Shown piece after piece: positions 13,050-26,597 of a DNA stretch of 64,000 nucleotides. Origin of the DNA: Octopus bimaculoides (lineage: Eukaryota); assembly GCF_001194135.2 (NCBI RefSeq), contig NC_068987.1:16008338-16072337 (forward strand), written 5' to 3'. Every line of letters begins with the position of its first letter. The stretch's first letter is position 1. The notes beneath the pieces are model-generated. The model did not search any database and was not told the origin of the DNA. It was given only the letters and a program-made list of their open reading frames with translations. The translations under genes and the position numbers were made by a program.

Positions 13050-13890
13050 TTTAACCTATCAGAGACCAAACTTGTAACTGATCGAATTTCTATCTGTTTA
13101 ATATTTATAACAGTAAGCTACGAGCATCTTGTCGAAGCATCTTAGCCAGTATAGTAATAGAGATATGAAATCTTGTCATATCCATTATTAATTAATGTGC
13201 TTTCTAAAGGTGTATTCTCTGCTTCTGTGGTAGGTGAGTAGCATTTGGAACAACATACAGCTAACTGAATTTCATATTCAGTTGTAGCATTTGATATATC
13301 ATATCCAAATTTACAGAACTAAATAACCTATGCTTACACAAGAGAAGAGGTAATTTAAAACGCTAGTTTGTTACTACATTGGTAGTACACATTTGAAAAT
13401 GCAAATGGCCACATTAATTGTATAAGTTTCCATATTTTTAATTACCCAGAGTATTTGCATTTACATATGTACAACAATTATTTGAATATAACATCATACA
13501 AGAAATATTGAATGTGACGGTAGCAAGTCTTCATTGCTTAGACATTTGAATTATTTATATGAAATTCTTCATGATTACTAAAGACCAATGAAGCAGAAAA
13601 AAGTGAGGACATTTTATCAAAAAAAACTGACTGAGTTCTGTTGTAGCACCTGAGCCATTTCTGGTTCGGAATTCAGTATTCCAGCTTTTATAACATGGTC
13701 CAAACTTCCAAAACTTTTGGCTGAACTACTTGGCGGGAAAATTGATAAAACTTACTTTCAAGTCTACCACTGTTTTGGTTATGCACCATCCAGTGCACTG
13801 CTTTTTCTATCTCTTTTATAAAGTCTTACCTGTCTACTTGTTCACTAGTCAGATCTAGGATGAATTTTTCTACTGCTGTTATCAGATGAT
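13050..13890 (-). mobile_element. Heavily decayed L1/Tx1-like RT fragment
   Basis: Stop-ridden frames give KEIEKAVHWMVHNQNSG.LESKFYQ, YLF...WI..Y and LRQDARSLLL (compare RQG.PLSP.L) in the expected order. Confidence 0.5.
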
Positions 13891-13930
13891 AATTTCTAAC
13901 CCCAGTTTTGAATTATTGCATTATACAATT

Positions 13931-14069
13931 GTTGGCGTTAGGAAGGGCATCTAGCTGTAGAAACTCTGCCAAATCAGATTGGAGCCTGGTGTCGCCTCCT
14001 GGTCCACCAGTCCTCAGTCAAATCGTCCAACCCATACTAGCATGGAAAACAGACGTTAAACGACGACGA
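13931..14069 (+). mobile_element. RTE-LINE 3' tail, low divergence
   Basis: Near-identical to 61175-61310. Confidence 0.85.
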
Positions 14070-15902
14070 CAATACTAGAAATTGAAAATGTTTTCAGATT
14101 TCACTCATTCCCCATATTTTGTCATTCTTTCCCCCCCAGCAAATTTACTATATGATGCCTCACTGTTCTGATAGGGCAACTTAATCTTTCTTCCATCCAC
14201 AGTTGATAAAGTAACAACTAAGAATCCTACAAAGGCTAATTTTTTATTTATAAATGGCATCCATTCCTATCAAGAAAAGTGGAGTTTACTTTCTGTTTCA
14301 TCAAATCTCAGTAGTTAGATCTTTCTATCATTAACTATGTTATCTTCACACCATCCCATACATGTTCTAACATTCATTGCTTTTATAATGAGACACTTAA
14401 GGAAATAAAATCAGCCCAAAACTGAAATGGTCTTTTCTTTTCTTGAGATTAGCATCTATCATTTCATTGCACTTTACCTCTGGATTTTTTTTTGTTTTCA
14501 TTACACCTGCCATTGCTGCACATTATTATTGTCTGTGGTTTTATAGTATATGATGTAATTGATTCGGTGCACAAACTGCTAAGAAAGATAATTAGCTTGG
14601 AGCTTTATGTGTTGTTTTACAGTTAAAACTCCAGATTTCAACAAATTATCATTTCATTCCTCCAATGTCCATGAAATAAATAAATAAATAAATATCATAG
14701 TGAGAGTAAATGTATACTGAATGGGTAGCGTATATCAGTAAATGAGCGATTCATGTATGAGCTAATATTCTGTTCTAGTTCTGCCATAGTTTTAAAAATT
14801 TTTTATATCTAATAGCAGTTTGACTAGAAAAGGTTGCAGCACTTTTAAATCAAACACTTTGCAATTAAAAAGTGGTGTTTACTGTAAAGATCTGCACCAT
14901 GCTATACTTCCTTACAGCTTGGGGGAACAGAGCTAGTAAGCGTGAGATGTCTTGACTGTGGCTGCAGCACAAGTCTCATTTATGAGGTTGATTCTTTTTT
15001 GGCCAGCAGCCCAACTCTAGTGATGCAGATTCTGTGACTTTGTAAAAGGTTAAAGTCTTTAATTACAAAATAAGTTATCACTTGTAATAATGATAATAAT
15101 AATAATAATAATAATAATAATCCAAAACCAAATAGAAATTTTATCTCAGAATCCTTATTTACTCCATTGCAGAAATTCTAATACCTTACTCTATTATCAA
15201 CTGTTTTAAAATTAAAAACATGCCAGTTAAATGGAGTCTCTCTCTCTCTCCCTCTCTCTCTCCCTCTCTCTCTCTCCCTCTCTCTATTTGTAAGATACAT
15301 TATTATGTCCCATTCACAAAGCCAACATTAAATGATTTGTAGGGCAGTAAAGGTGTTGTAGAAAGGTACATTATTTGTAGACAGGGTGTTAACTCCTGTT
15401 TCGTATCTCATGTTTCTGGGATCAAATTCACCAATCAGTAAGGCTTTTTCATTATACCTGAGATTGATTACATAGCAAAAAAACAACCAATATTATAATG
15501 ACCCTTATAGAGAAAGAAAATAGGAAAATGTTTTGAAGTGCTAACTCATGCTAAATGACTTGTTTCAGATTTGTGGGTGAGAATTTTTCCTCTATTAGAG
15601 CTGTCTGTTGTCTTGACGACTTGATCTCTGAAAATATTCCATGTAGGATTGAACTAATTATTCCGTTTACTGTGTTGGCAGTTGATATTTTGAATCTCTT
15701 CTAGTGTTCATGTTGATATTTGATTTTTTGTAAATGGTAACTGTGAATAGTAATAAATTGGCTGGCTATTCTTTTCTATGCCACACATTTGGTTAAAATA
15801 AACCAATGGAAGAGGAGGAGCAGTGGCCATGTAACCAATTAGTCCCTCTCAGACTGGTGGGTAAGGTTGTTCCCCCACTTGACTAAAGACTTGTATTGTT
15901 GA

Positions 15903-16196
15903 CATCATCATCATCAGTCCATGTTCTATGTTATCAGTAAATAGGTACAGTGTAATCCGTAGGCAAGAGAGGTGCAGCCGGAGAGTGCAAAGTTTCAAAT
16001 GTTAGTATGGGTTGGACATTTTGACAGGATCTGATGGGCTCAAGGACTGTATCATGCTCTAGTAACTACTTTGGCATAGTTTCTATGCTCAAATGCTCTT
16101 CCTGACACCCACCATTTTACAGCATCTACCAGGTGCCTTTTCTCATGCCACCAGCACTAGTGAAGTTGCGATGCAGCTTGCAAGACTACAAGCACC
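15903..16196 (-). mobile_element. RTE-LINE-type 3' tail fragment with a small insertion
   Basis: (CAT)n followed by the reverse-complement tail. Confidence 0.6.
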
Positions 16197-17776
16197 AAAG
16201 GGACAGCTTTACACTAAGAAATTAAGGGGTAAAATTATGAGAAAAGGGGTCGGAACAGAACTAATAAGTGTATTCCTCTGCTTCCTCCTCATTGGTTTCA
16301 TTAATCAAACAGTGGCCTCTTTTTCCAGGCAATTTGTCTGCTTTCAGAAGGTCAGCCTCATACTCTGAATTGCTGTGAGTTTTAGAGTTATGGAAAAATA
16401 AATCAGATGTCTAAAAGTCCTGTTTGCAACCAATGCTAAGTGTTATGAGGACAAAAAACCCTTAATGGCTTTTTTTCATAAGCTGAGTCTCTTTGTAAGA
16501 GTGATTTCCACATTTGTTTTACAAGCTGTCAAACCTCTCCCACTCTATATAGCATCAAAGGGAGACAGAGCTAGTTAAAGTACTGAACTAATTGGTAATT
16601 GATGAGTAGTTTGGTAGCTTTGTGGTGCCATGATTGAATCCTCCCTCACAAAGATGACAGCTTGTTCCTGAAAACATTCCTGAAATCAACGAGATAGGAA
16701 AGCTATTTTTACTCTGCACTGTTAAGAGTGGCCATTTTGTATCAGTGAAACAAAATCTGCATTATTTTGATGATGGTTGCTACTAACATGTACTGATGCT
16801 ATATAAAGAACACGTTAACCTGCCAAATCTTGAAATAAGAAAAATGAAAATGAAACCCCTCCTCCCACCTTCCCCCATTCTTCTGTTCCAATCTGGTAGT
16901 CATAGCGATCACTTTGAAGTCTCTATTATGCCACCATTTCTTCTCTTCCATGCCCACCACTTGCAGTGAGTTAACATACCCCCATCTAAAGTCTCTTATT
17001 TTGGGGGAGATGGCATTCTTATAAATAAATCTAGCTTGCATAAAAGTTTTCAGAAACAAAAGTTAAATTTAGTGTTGCTTTGTTGTATCACTTTATAGCT
17101 TTGTTAGGTCAGAATGTTGGATATAAGGAAGTAGACACTTTGAATGAATTAATATTTTTTCACAGACATGCTTCTTAACATCTTTTTACCTTTCTGTATG
17201 AATTTGCAATGCTTTCTCATCTATGTTAGATTCTCAATTTGATAATGAAATGAAGAAAGAAATACACAAAATAACAAAAACTATGAACACTAGAAATTCC
17301 AGTTTTTAGTCTAAAACTAACTGCAGTTATTTTTTGCTTACTAAATTGCAACTAGAAACTGACTGGAGAAAATGTCTGCTGGACCCCNNNNNNNNNNACC
17401 TTTCACTTTTGACACACATACAATCCACTTCCCCCATGTACACACATTGGTTAGAATATATGCAATAAAATTCTACTGTTGATCTAAAAATGATTTATTT
17501 ACATTAGAACAGTTCAAGTTTATTAAGTGGCTGAAATTTTTATAACCAGAATATGAAAGTGAAAGGTGACAAGTAAGGGTCCCTCTTGGTACAACAGGAA
17601 GGAGGAGTTGATAAGGATTGCTGTTAATGTAATATTTGATGTTAAATAGCTTCTGTATAGACCATCAAGATTTTGTTTACTTCCAGCCTCTTATTTTTCT
17701 CTGAGGTAGAAACCATGGTGATCACAGCCTTTATTGCCTAACCAAACTGCAAAACGTGTATGTGCATATGCAAGCA

Positions 17777-17777
<1 letters not shown>

Positions 17778-17819
<42 letters not shown>
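17778..17819. repeat. (CA)n microsatellite
   Basis: Perfect run. Confidence 0.95.
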
Positions 17820-17821
<2 letters not shown>

Positions 17822-19454
17822 TATGGTCTCATTGTTGGTAAGATCAGCAAAAAAAAAAAACAAAAAAACTCCACTTAATAAGAGATATGTTTCATTTAAT
17901 AAACACAAGATTTATGTGTAAGTTACTAAAAGTTTTATCCTTGGAGAGTACAATAGTTGGATGAACTTTTGTAGAATGCTCTGCACTATCATGCAACCAT
18001 CATCATCCTTTAACGTCCATTTCCCATGCTGGCATATGCATATACATACTTCTTTTACTGCCTCACCCCATAATGATATTTACCAACAAGCACACCTCCA
18101 CCTTTCCTCATCATTCACTATATTCACCTTTACACTCATCTCAAACCATCTGTCACTCACTTCTAATACTCTTATGAACATATTCACCCAGCTCTCCAGT
18201 GGTATTCACATACCTTGTCACCAACATCTTTATCTTCTTTCTGGTTACTCCTACAACACTCCTGTATAATACAAGGGGGTTGCTGTTTCTCTCTTCTGTA
18301 GCAAGATACCTGTGCCTGTCCCTTTGTCATACTTTCAATACTTGGTACAAAGCTAGCCCCCCCCCCNNNNNNNNNNNNNNNCCACTCAGTTTTTTTTTTT
18401 TTTTTGCATGTTACTTGGCAACCTCAGTTAGTATTACAAAAAAAAAATCATCCAGTACAGTTTAAAGTGGTTGGTGTTAGGAAGGACATCCCACCCTTGA
18501 AACCATGCCCAAGCAGGCTTTGGAGCTCAATAGTCCCTTGACTCATTGGATCCTGTCAAACTTCCCAAGCCATGCCACATGAAATACAGCCATTAGACAA
18601 TGACATACGTATGCACGTGCACATACGCACACACTATAGTAGATGGAAGCTGTAGAAAGTCTTTCATGCATGTGCACTTTATGTGTATGAATGTTTACAT
18701 TGTACACTGAGCTAAACAATGGCTCATGTCATTTGTTGATATTTTCCCGGTTATCAAATTGTCCAATAGCTCTATGCTTTCAAAGATGAGTGGAGTGAAA
18801 ACTCCTTACTTTGCGTTAAAAAAAAAAAGGAGGTGGGGTAAGGATTAGTGACTGGAGGGGCACCTAGCTGCAAAACCATGCTTCAGTAATATGTATGCAT
18901 CCAATCCATGCTAGTATGGAAAAACCAACAGAAAACAAACAGATAAATGGCTTTTGTGTTTGTTTAAATAAGCATTGTTGCTTGTAGCTTCAGGTTTTAT
19001 TGCAGTCTTGGTTTGTATTTATGCCCCCAAACCTACCTTTTGGATGCAGTTAGAAGAATTTAGGTACATCAAGTGCCTTGAAACGTCGAAGATTCTTTCT
19101 ATCTCACTTCTCTCTATAGACACTTCTCTTGGTTATGTTTTTATATGAATCGGGGAAACTATTATTATTATTCAAGTGAATTGCAACACTCTTCTATTAT
19201 TATAGTATTTTCCCTTGGTTTTCTTGAAATCAACTCTTTCTAACATTATTAGGCTTATATTAATTGCAGCCCTTTTTCAAAACATAGATAAGGCATTTTG
19301 CTAAAGACACAGAAGGAGTTGCTGAGAAGCAACCTTGGACTTGTTATATTTGTTTTGGGTTTGTTTTCTGTAATAGATATGTAAGATTTCATTAAATAAA
19401 CTATTGTTTTAGTCTTTATTTGCCTCTCTTACATACTTTGTTAATTCCTCTTTT

Positions 19455-19502
<48 letters not shown>

Positions 19503-20568
19503 NNNNNNNNNNCACACGCACACACTTTCTTCATCTCACATAATATACATTTTTAATGAAAGCAAAATATTGAAACCTATATGCAAGGTCTTACTTTCTT
19601 TTTTCCCTCGATTAATGTTTTAGACAAAAGCAAAAGAAGGCATATGTATGTTTGGGTGGCATTTTTCAAAAGATGGCAGTTCTCTTATCTTTTCAATTGT
19701 AGTAGCAGAGATGAATGTTAGGTTTTGTTCAGTAGAGTTTTTTTAATCAACTAGTTTAATTAACTTGGCTTCATTTTTATTATGGTAAATATTAAATGCC
19801 TTAGAAATGTACACCATATTATATTTTATTTTAACTGTTTGTTGTTCATTTTAATTCTTCAATATATTTGTTGCTTTTATTCTAACTCTTTACATGTTAA
19901 GCTGCTGTGCAGGCTTTTTAAATCTGAATGTTCCTCTCAAGTCTGACCCCTAGCACATTTAATTGTCAAATGTGACACTAGTTTTCAATACAGATAAACC
20001 AACAATAACAGCATTATGAGGTACTTGTGCCAGAAATCTATTTGTGTGTGTCAGTACTTTGACCATTCAGTTTTACAGCACTTACCTAACAATCTTTATA
20101 AGTTTGCAGTTTTGTTTTTCTCTTTGGGGGGGGGGGGGATATATGAAAAGATGAAAAAAATAGCTATGGCTTTCAATTGGTTATGTTTAATTGAAACTTT
20201 TCATTTTTGATTGGCTTTACATGTAGTTTTGAATTTACTTCAAATATAGTTTCAAATTCATGAAAGTGCCAGATCATTTAACTTGAAGTGGCTAAAAAAA
20301 ACAACCAAAAAAAAAAAAAACCAATTTTTTTTTTACCAACGTTAAATTATAACATTTTAAACTTTTTTCTATTTTGTTAATATTACAGGTTGTCTTTGTA
20401 AACATGTATATCTTATGACCTGATTCTCATAGCAGAATCTTTTGAATTTGCTGAAAACATTCTAATAAAACTAGAAGAGTCTTGAGTCCAGATGTCACTA
20501 TGGCAGATCATAAATTAGTAGTTGCACAAAAATCCAGATGCTGCCTTGAAAGTGGCATTGATCAATAT

Positions 20569-20574
<6 letters not shown>

Positions 20575-20601
<27 letters not shown>

Positions 20602-20900
20602 GCAACCCTTTCTAAAAGGCCTAAAATTTAGTGGGAAGGGCTAGTCAATTATATTGACCCTAGTGCATGACTAGTACTTATTTCATCAACCCCTAACGGA
20701 TGAAAGGCAAAGTCAACCTCGGTGTAATGGGATCTCGGAATGTAAAGATGGACAAAATGCTGCCAGTGCTCAACTGCTTATTTTTATTGATCCTGAAAGG
20801 ATGAAAGGCAAGTTTGACCTCAGCAGAATTTGAACTTAGAAAATAAGGCTGGAAGGAATGCAACATAAAATTTTGTTCGGCATGCTGATTCTGCCAGCAG
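20575..20900 (-). mobile_element. Two tandem/nested SINE family B copies
   Basis: GGATGAAAGGCAA occurs twice, preceded by (AAT)n. Confidence 0.8.
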
Positions 20901-21039
20901 GTGGTACTGTGTTTTCAATACAAAATACACTAAATGCAATGGAATCTCTTGTGGACTTGCAGAAAAACCAGAACTTTGGTAGTTAATGGGAATCATCTGC
21001 TCAATTGTCTCATTAGAAGTAGTTAATAGTTCTTGTTAA

Positions 21040-21257
21040 CCCTTTAGCATTTAAATAGGTCATATTTGGCCAAAATATTCTTGTTTTTATGCTCAAACCA
21101 GCCAAATCTATCTTCTCACACCTACTTTACAATGTCATTCTAAAACTAAACTATCATATCATTGAAATTTCAAAGGTACAAGACAATGCATGATTAATTC
21201 AAAACAATGTGCATAAATAAGCATTATATTTGACCGAGTAATCTGAATGCTGAAGGG
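21040..21257. mobile_element. TTAA-flanked (piggyBac-like) MITE, family 1
   Basis: TTAA|CCCTTTAGCATT ... AATGCTGAAGGG|TTAA. Confidence 0.8.
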
Positions 21258-21329
21258 TTAAATAAGTAGCACTGTAATGAAATCATAGTTGCCAGAGTAG
21301 GAAATGGTGGAAGAAGTTGACTGATTTAT

Positions 21330-21760
21330 AGCATGTGTTTGATAAAGAAAAGTGTGCTCCTCTCATTTCTCTCTCTTCAGAAAGTAAGCTACAAAGTGTT
21401 CTGTAAACAAGGTAGTGTGACACGAATATTGACTATGGAAGTCAGGTTGGAGGTGGGGGGTGAGAGAAACAAGGCAAGTGTGCTCTGCTGCATGTGACAG
21501 GCAGAGCACAATGAGTAAGTAAACTGTTCATTAAAAGCATCCGCTTATCTGTGCAGAATAAATGATTGCACTGATGGCAGTATGTGATATGAATGGGGAA
21601 ATGGGTGCTGTATGCTGTCAGCAGATAGTATCCATGACAGAAGAAGACATAAGCAGACATGAGAAGCCAGATCTTAAGACGATGAGTCTCTTAAATGAAA
21701 GAACAAAAGATCAAAACAAGTAGTGACCTGTTGTATGGTAGACTTATTCGACCTTTGCCA
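21330..21760 (+). mobile_element. Decayed RTE LINE C-terminal fragment
   Basis: LSLQKV...GSVT...ERNKASVLCCM and IRLSVQNK*LH*WQYVI*M track the C-terminal region of the LINE family seen at 60832. Confidence 0.5.
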
Positions 21761-22356
21761 ATATAGACAAACCACTATTAAAAATAGACGATATTATCAA
21801 TCATATTATTTCAAAGTGTATAGTTATTGATATTGAAATATGCTTCTTTTGATCTTGTCAAACTATTAATCGTTCCTGACTTCAATAGAAAATACATTTT
21901 GCTTTTTATTTGGGGAAATTCAGTAGATATTTGAACTTCAGTAATGTGTTGATACAGATTAGTAGATCAAGTAGGAATGTATATGAATATTTATTTTATG
22001 TTTTATAGATACAAAATTTGCTTCAATGTTACCCAACACTTGGGATTTGATGGAGAATATTCATCAGTGCTGTAAACATTTGTAGGTACTAAATTTTTTG
22101 AGATGTGTTCATATTGTGAATAATGTCTTTTACAGAATATTTATGTATCTATGTTTTTACTTAATTTTTACCTGTCCAAACTTGCAAACTTCTCTAGGTT
22201 TATAAGGTCACTTTGGTGCTTTAACCATATCAGACACGTTAATAATATTGAACCTTTTAAAGGTAGCTAGCTTTGAAAGTTGTGGAAAGGATCAAACTTA
22301 ATTTTCTATGTGAGGTTGCAGATACTCAGCTGTTTGCTATTTTTGTCCACAAACAG

Positions 22357-22510
22357 ACTGGTGAGAGCTTCTCTTGGGTGGAAGCCAGAGAGGAGACATA
22401 CGTGAAACAGAGCTGTCAAGACTTGGCAGATATGGGCCTGACTTGAAAGCAGGCTCACAATGGGTCTTGCAACACTGTTCAATGGAGATCACTCATTGCG
22501 CAATGAGAGC
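22357..22510 (+). mobile_element. Decayed RTE LINE extreme C-terminus
   Basis: LGWKPE... and QDLADMGLT*KQA...QWRSLIA. Confidence 0.45.
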
Positions 22511-24079
22511 ATGGAGAAACTTTGACTAAGCTTTGAAAAAGGTAGTGTGAGCATTGAAAATCTGAAATCTGATGGTAGTTACAACACTCGTTATTATTTT
22601 AATGAATTATGCTTTTTTCTCTTATTACCATAATATTCTATTTTCTGCATATCTATAAACTCTTACAACTATTCTCTACATAAGATAATTAACTGGCAAA
22701 AAACACCTGCATGTTATGCAAAAAATATAAAACTGGAAATATTCTTTAGGAGAAATGCTGCTTTCAAGTCTTTTAATGATTTCTGTATGCAAAAGGTGAA
22801 ACAATCTGCATCACTGAAGGTTGTTAGATTTGAAGATTAAAAAAACCCCAAAAAATGAAAAATAAGGTAATCAAGAAAGACAGAAGGCAGGAAAGGAACT
22901 ATTTACCATTATGGAGGAAGTTTTCTTTCCATAATTGACTGGGAGTCATGCTGGAAACTGCAAAAACTGTCATGAGGTCAGGATATATTGCTGAATTAGC
23001 AGCAATTTAATCTGTAGACTTCTCACAGAATTGGATGTTATTTGAGAATATGGACTTAATGGATTCAGGTGGACAGTTTGCAGCTGCATATGCCACAACA
23101 GTGTCTAGTTAATTATTAAAGGAAGTGATAAACTCCAATGTGCATTATTAGTGCTCTGTATATTTAAGATTATCGTGCCTGTTTGTACAATTATTTGGAA
23201 CTTAAAAGATATCTGTCCCCTCCCTCCTCCCCTCTGTGTGTGTGTGTGTGTGGGGGGGTTTCAGCAAATGAAAGCCGCTGGATCCATATGGAAGTTAATG
23301 CCCCTTTCTCATATTTGTTCATTTCCCTAAATACCACATTTTATGACAGATTCTCAAAAATTACCAGCAGCCATTGTTATTGCCTTTTCTCCTGCTGAAT
23401 ATGGTTAAGGAAAGCAAACTTCATTTAATCCTGTTATAGTAAATTTTCACTTGGTCATGAAACTTGAGTCCCTGCTAAAATGGCATTAATGTACTGTATA
23501 AAGTGCATGTTTATATGTGCGTGTGTTACACATGTTCATAAAGTGACTAATTTATGAAGTGATATTAGTTTCAATCAATAAGGATTTCTAGCTGCTGACA
23601 AATTTTTTTGGGGGGTGGGAATCGAAACACAATTATATCTGATGGACAGAAAAAAAAATAACTGTTGTTAAAATATGAGGTAGTTTCTTTTTATCTAAAT
23701 ATATGTTTCATTTCTAAATCTCACAGAGAGACTTAAGCAGCATGGAAATATGTCAACTGTTTTAACACGTAGGATAAAATGAGTTAAAAAACTGTAAGTG
23801 AAAAATATTATAGTTAAGACTGATGGAAAAAGTTAAAGAATTATAATACCTATAGTTGATATATGAAATAGTTTCACTGTGTAATTTAACTCAGTAATTC
23901 AGTGTAATATGACTGGTTTCAAATGTGTACTGTGTATCACACATGACAGCAGTTTACACTGCGTACAGAGCATATTTACTTTTTCAAATTTTTAACCGTA
24001 ATAGAAAATCAACTACAATATTAGGAAGAAGGAGAAGATGGATCCAAGAAGTTGTGATGTTCATGCCTTAATCATTTGA

Positions 24080-24790
24080 AAATATATGTCACAAAAATCA
24101 CAGCTTCAGGTTCAGTTCCACTGCATGATATTTAGAAGCAAGTGTCCGTCTACTATAGTCCTGGAACGACCAAAAGTCTTGTGATTTTGGTAGATGAAAA
24201 CTCAAAGCCTCTGTGTGTGGATTTCACGAGTTTGTTTTAAATGAGTATCATCATCATACAAGCTGTGTCTTTTATCCAATCTTCCAGGAAAACATCTCTA
24301 GTCTTGGGGGAAATATTACCTTGCTTGGAAATGGGTTAGGGCAGGGCTGACCAACCTGAGGCCCATGGGCCACACGTGACCCGCAGACTTTTATCTTGTG
24401 GCCCGCTTGATACTTTCTTCAAGTATTGTTGTCTAATTTCAAAATAAAATTGTTTGTATAAAACATTTGTTTCAAAATAAATTTAAAATTCCTAAGTGGC
24501 AATAAAGCAATAACCTACAATTTTATCATTTTAAACAAATGGAAAGTATGAAAAATTCTTGATTCTGTAGTTTGATTATTTGACTATTAGTGCATAAAGT
24601 ATACAAGCGGCCCTCAAAAAACTTTCTGTGATTAAAGTGGCCCGCAATGTAATTCGAGTCTGCCAGGCCTGGGTTAGAGTTAGCAACATGGGGGTCCAAC
24701 TGTAGTAAATTTGCCTCAACAAATTCCATCTGGTCCACACAGGTATGGAAAAGTGGGTGTTAAAATGGCTACTTTGAATATTGAAGATTG
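24080..24790 (+). mobile_element. Diverged SINE family A (tail type 2) interrupted by a hAT-like MITE
   Basis: Head remnant at about 24080-24210. The tail is split at 24341/24672. Confidence 0.65.
24342..24671. mobile_element. hAT/Charlie-like MITE
   Basis: Ends CAGGGCTGACC... and ...GCCAGGCCTG. 8-bp target duplication GGTTAGGG/GGTTAGAG (7/8). GGCCC-rich subterminal motifs. Confidence 0.75.
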
Positions 24791-25707
24791 TGAGGTCATG
24801 GGTTTCAAGAACATTTCCTGTGATCATCAGTTGTTGCAATTTGCTCGTCACAGTTTTAAATACCAATTCTCAAATCTCAGTGTCTCTTCATATAAGCAGA
24901 CTTTATTGTATCTCATTACATTATAAACCATCTCTCTGAACACACTGTGTATGCTGATTTTCGATTCGTGTGAGGATTTGCAAGTTTGTCATGATACATT
25001 TCACTGTTCAAAGTATTTTGAGGTTGAATACTAAGTTTAATATTTACATATTAAATAATCAGAGAGATGAATGAGAAATTTAATTCTGTGCTTGCATGTG
25101 TAATTCTTCCATATTTTCTTCATAAGATCACTTCAGGATTTTCTTCTTTCACAGCAAATGCTGTAGCTGGGTTGTAGCTTCAATCATGATAAATAGACTA
25201 TGCTCCGGAATTGACCTCTTAATATTGTTAGTAGGTGCCTTCATTGATGACTTGTATTCATTGCTATTGATTTGATTTAGCTATGCCACTGCTGCTGAAC
25301 TGTCCACATAGCTGAATATCTGTTTTCAATTCCAAATAGTGTCTCATTGAACAAGTATATATATATATATATATATATATTTAGTTACATTATGAAGAGT
25401 AGTAATGAATGTTTTGAATTCAATGATTTCAATCGTGTGAATGGTAAAAATTATTCTTGTTTAGACATGCTAGTGCCTGCAGTTGGCAAATGCCATGCAG
25501 CTAAGATTGATGTATTGCATAATAGCTGCAATCTTAAGAGTGCACATCATAGTGACTTTGTCGATCAGTTCAAAGTCAAATTATCTTGATAAATAAGCTT
25601 TTTCTTTCTTTCTTCCTTTTGCCCTGAAAACATATAACTTTCTCTTTTTCTTATTGTTACACATTTATGCAAAGTATTGTTTCGAATATTTTTATTTATT
25701 TATATAC

Positions 25708-25708
<1 letters not shown>

Positions 25709-25771
<63 letters not shown>
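25709..25771. repeat. (TTA)n microsatellite abutting a gap
   Basis: Perfect run. Confidence 0.95.
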
Positions 25772-26557
25772 NNNNNNNNNNNNNNNNNNNNNNNNNNNNN
25801 NNNNNNNNNNNNNNNNNNNNNNNNNNNNNNNNNNNNNCCATCTCTGGTATGTTTAGAATTCAGTCAAATCTAATTAAAAATGCATTTCTTTATTTATTGT
25901 CTTCTGCATTAACCTTCACTATGTTTGTTCGATTATTTCCTCCACTAAGGAATCCTGGGAAATTGCTGTATTATCTAACTTCAAGTTTCTCATGTGAGAT
26001 TATATTTGAGTGTGTGTGTGACATTTCTTTGCATATTTATTTTCAGTGTTTATTAAATGACTGAAGTAAACTCCGGAAGTTAATTTCAGAAATAACTTTC
26101 ATTCAAAACTATCTGCTATGCACAGAACGTTTTTGTAATTGTTTTGTTAGATAATGGCTTCTTGGCTTCTCTCATTGCTTATAATGCTGTCCATGCCTTC
26201 TCTTGAGCTCAGTCCTTTCTTTTCAAGTGAAGGTTGATTTTTCAGTATTATTTAAAAAAAGAAGAAAAAAATTTTAATTTAAAAAATTTTTTTATGTCCT
26301 TTTGAAAAACATTCCTTTTCATACTGTGGTTTTGCTTTTAGTTCTCTTGGCAATTGAATTTATCTAGCTTATAATTTGTTATTACAATATGCTGTCATCA
26401 TAATAGCTACATCTTTGGGCAGCTACTTTACATCCAGCTGGCTACTGGCAACTTTTCTAAGTGCTTTGTTTCCCAATGCGCTGACTGTGTCTATACATTA
26501 CTGAGTAGATGTTACCACTCAATTATACCTATTCATTAGCTTGATTTCATCACTTTG

Positions 26558-26597
<40 letters not shown>

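Noticed and set aside
22357-22360. 4-nt microexon-like AAACAG|ACTG|GTGAGA
   Set aside because: Lies in a decayed RTE C-terminal fragment and is not frame-neutral.
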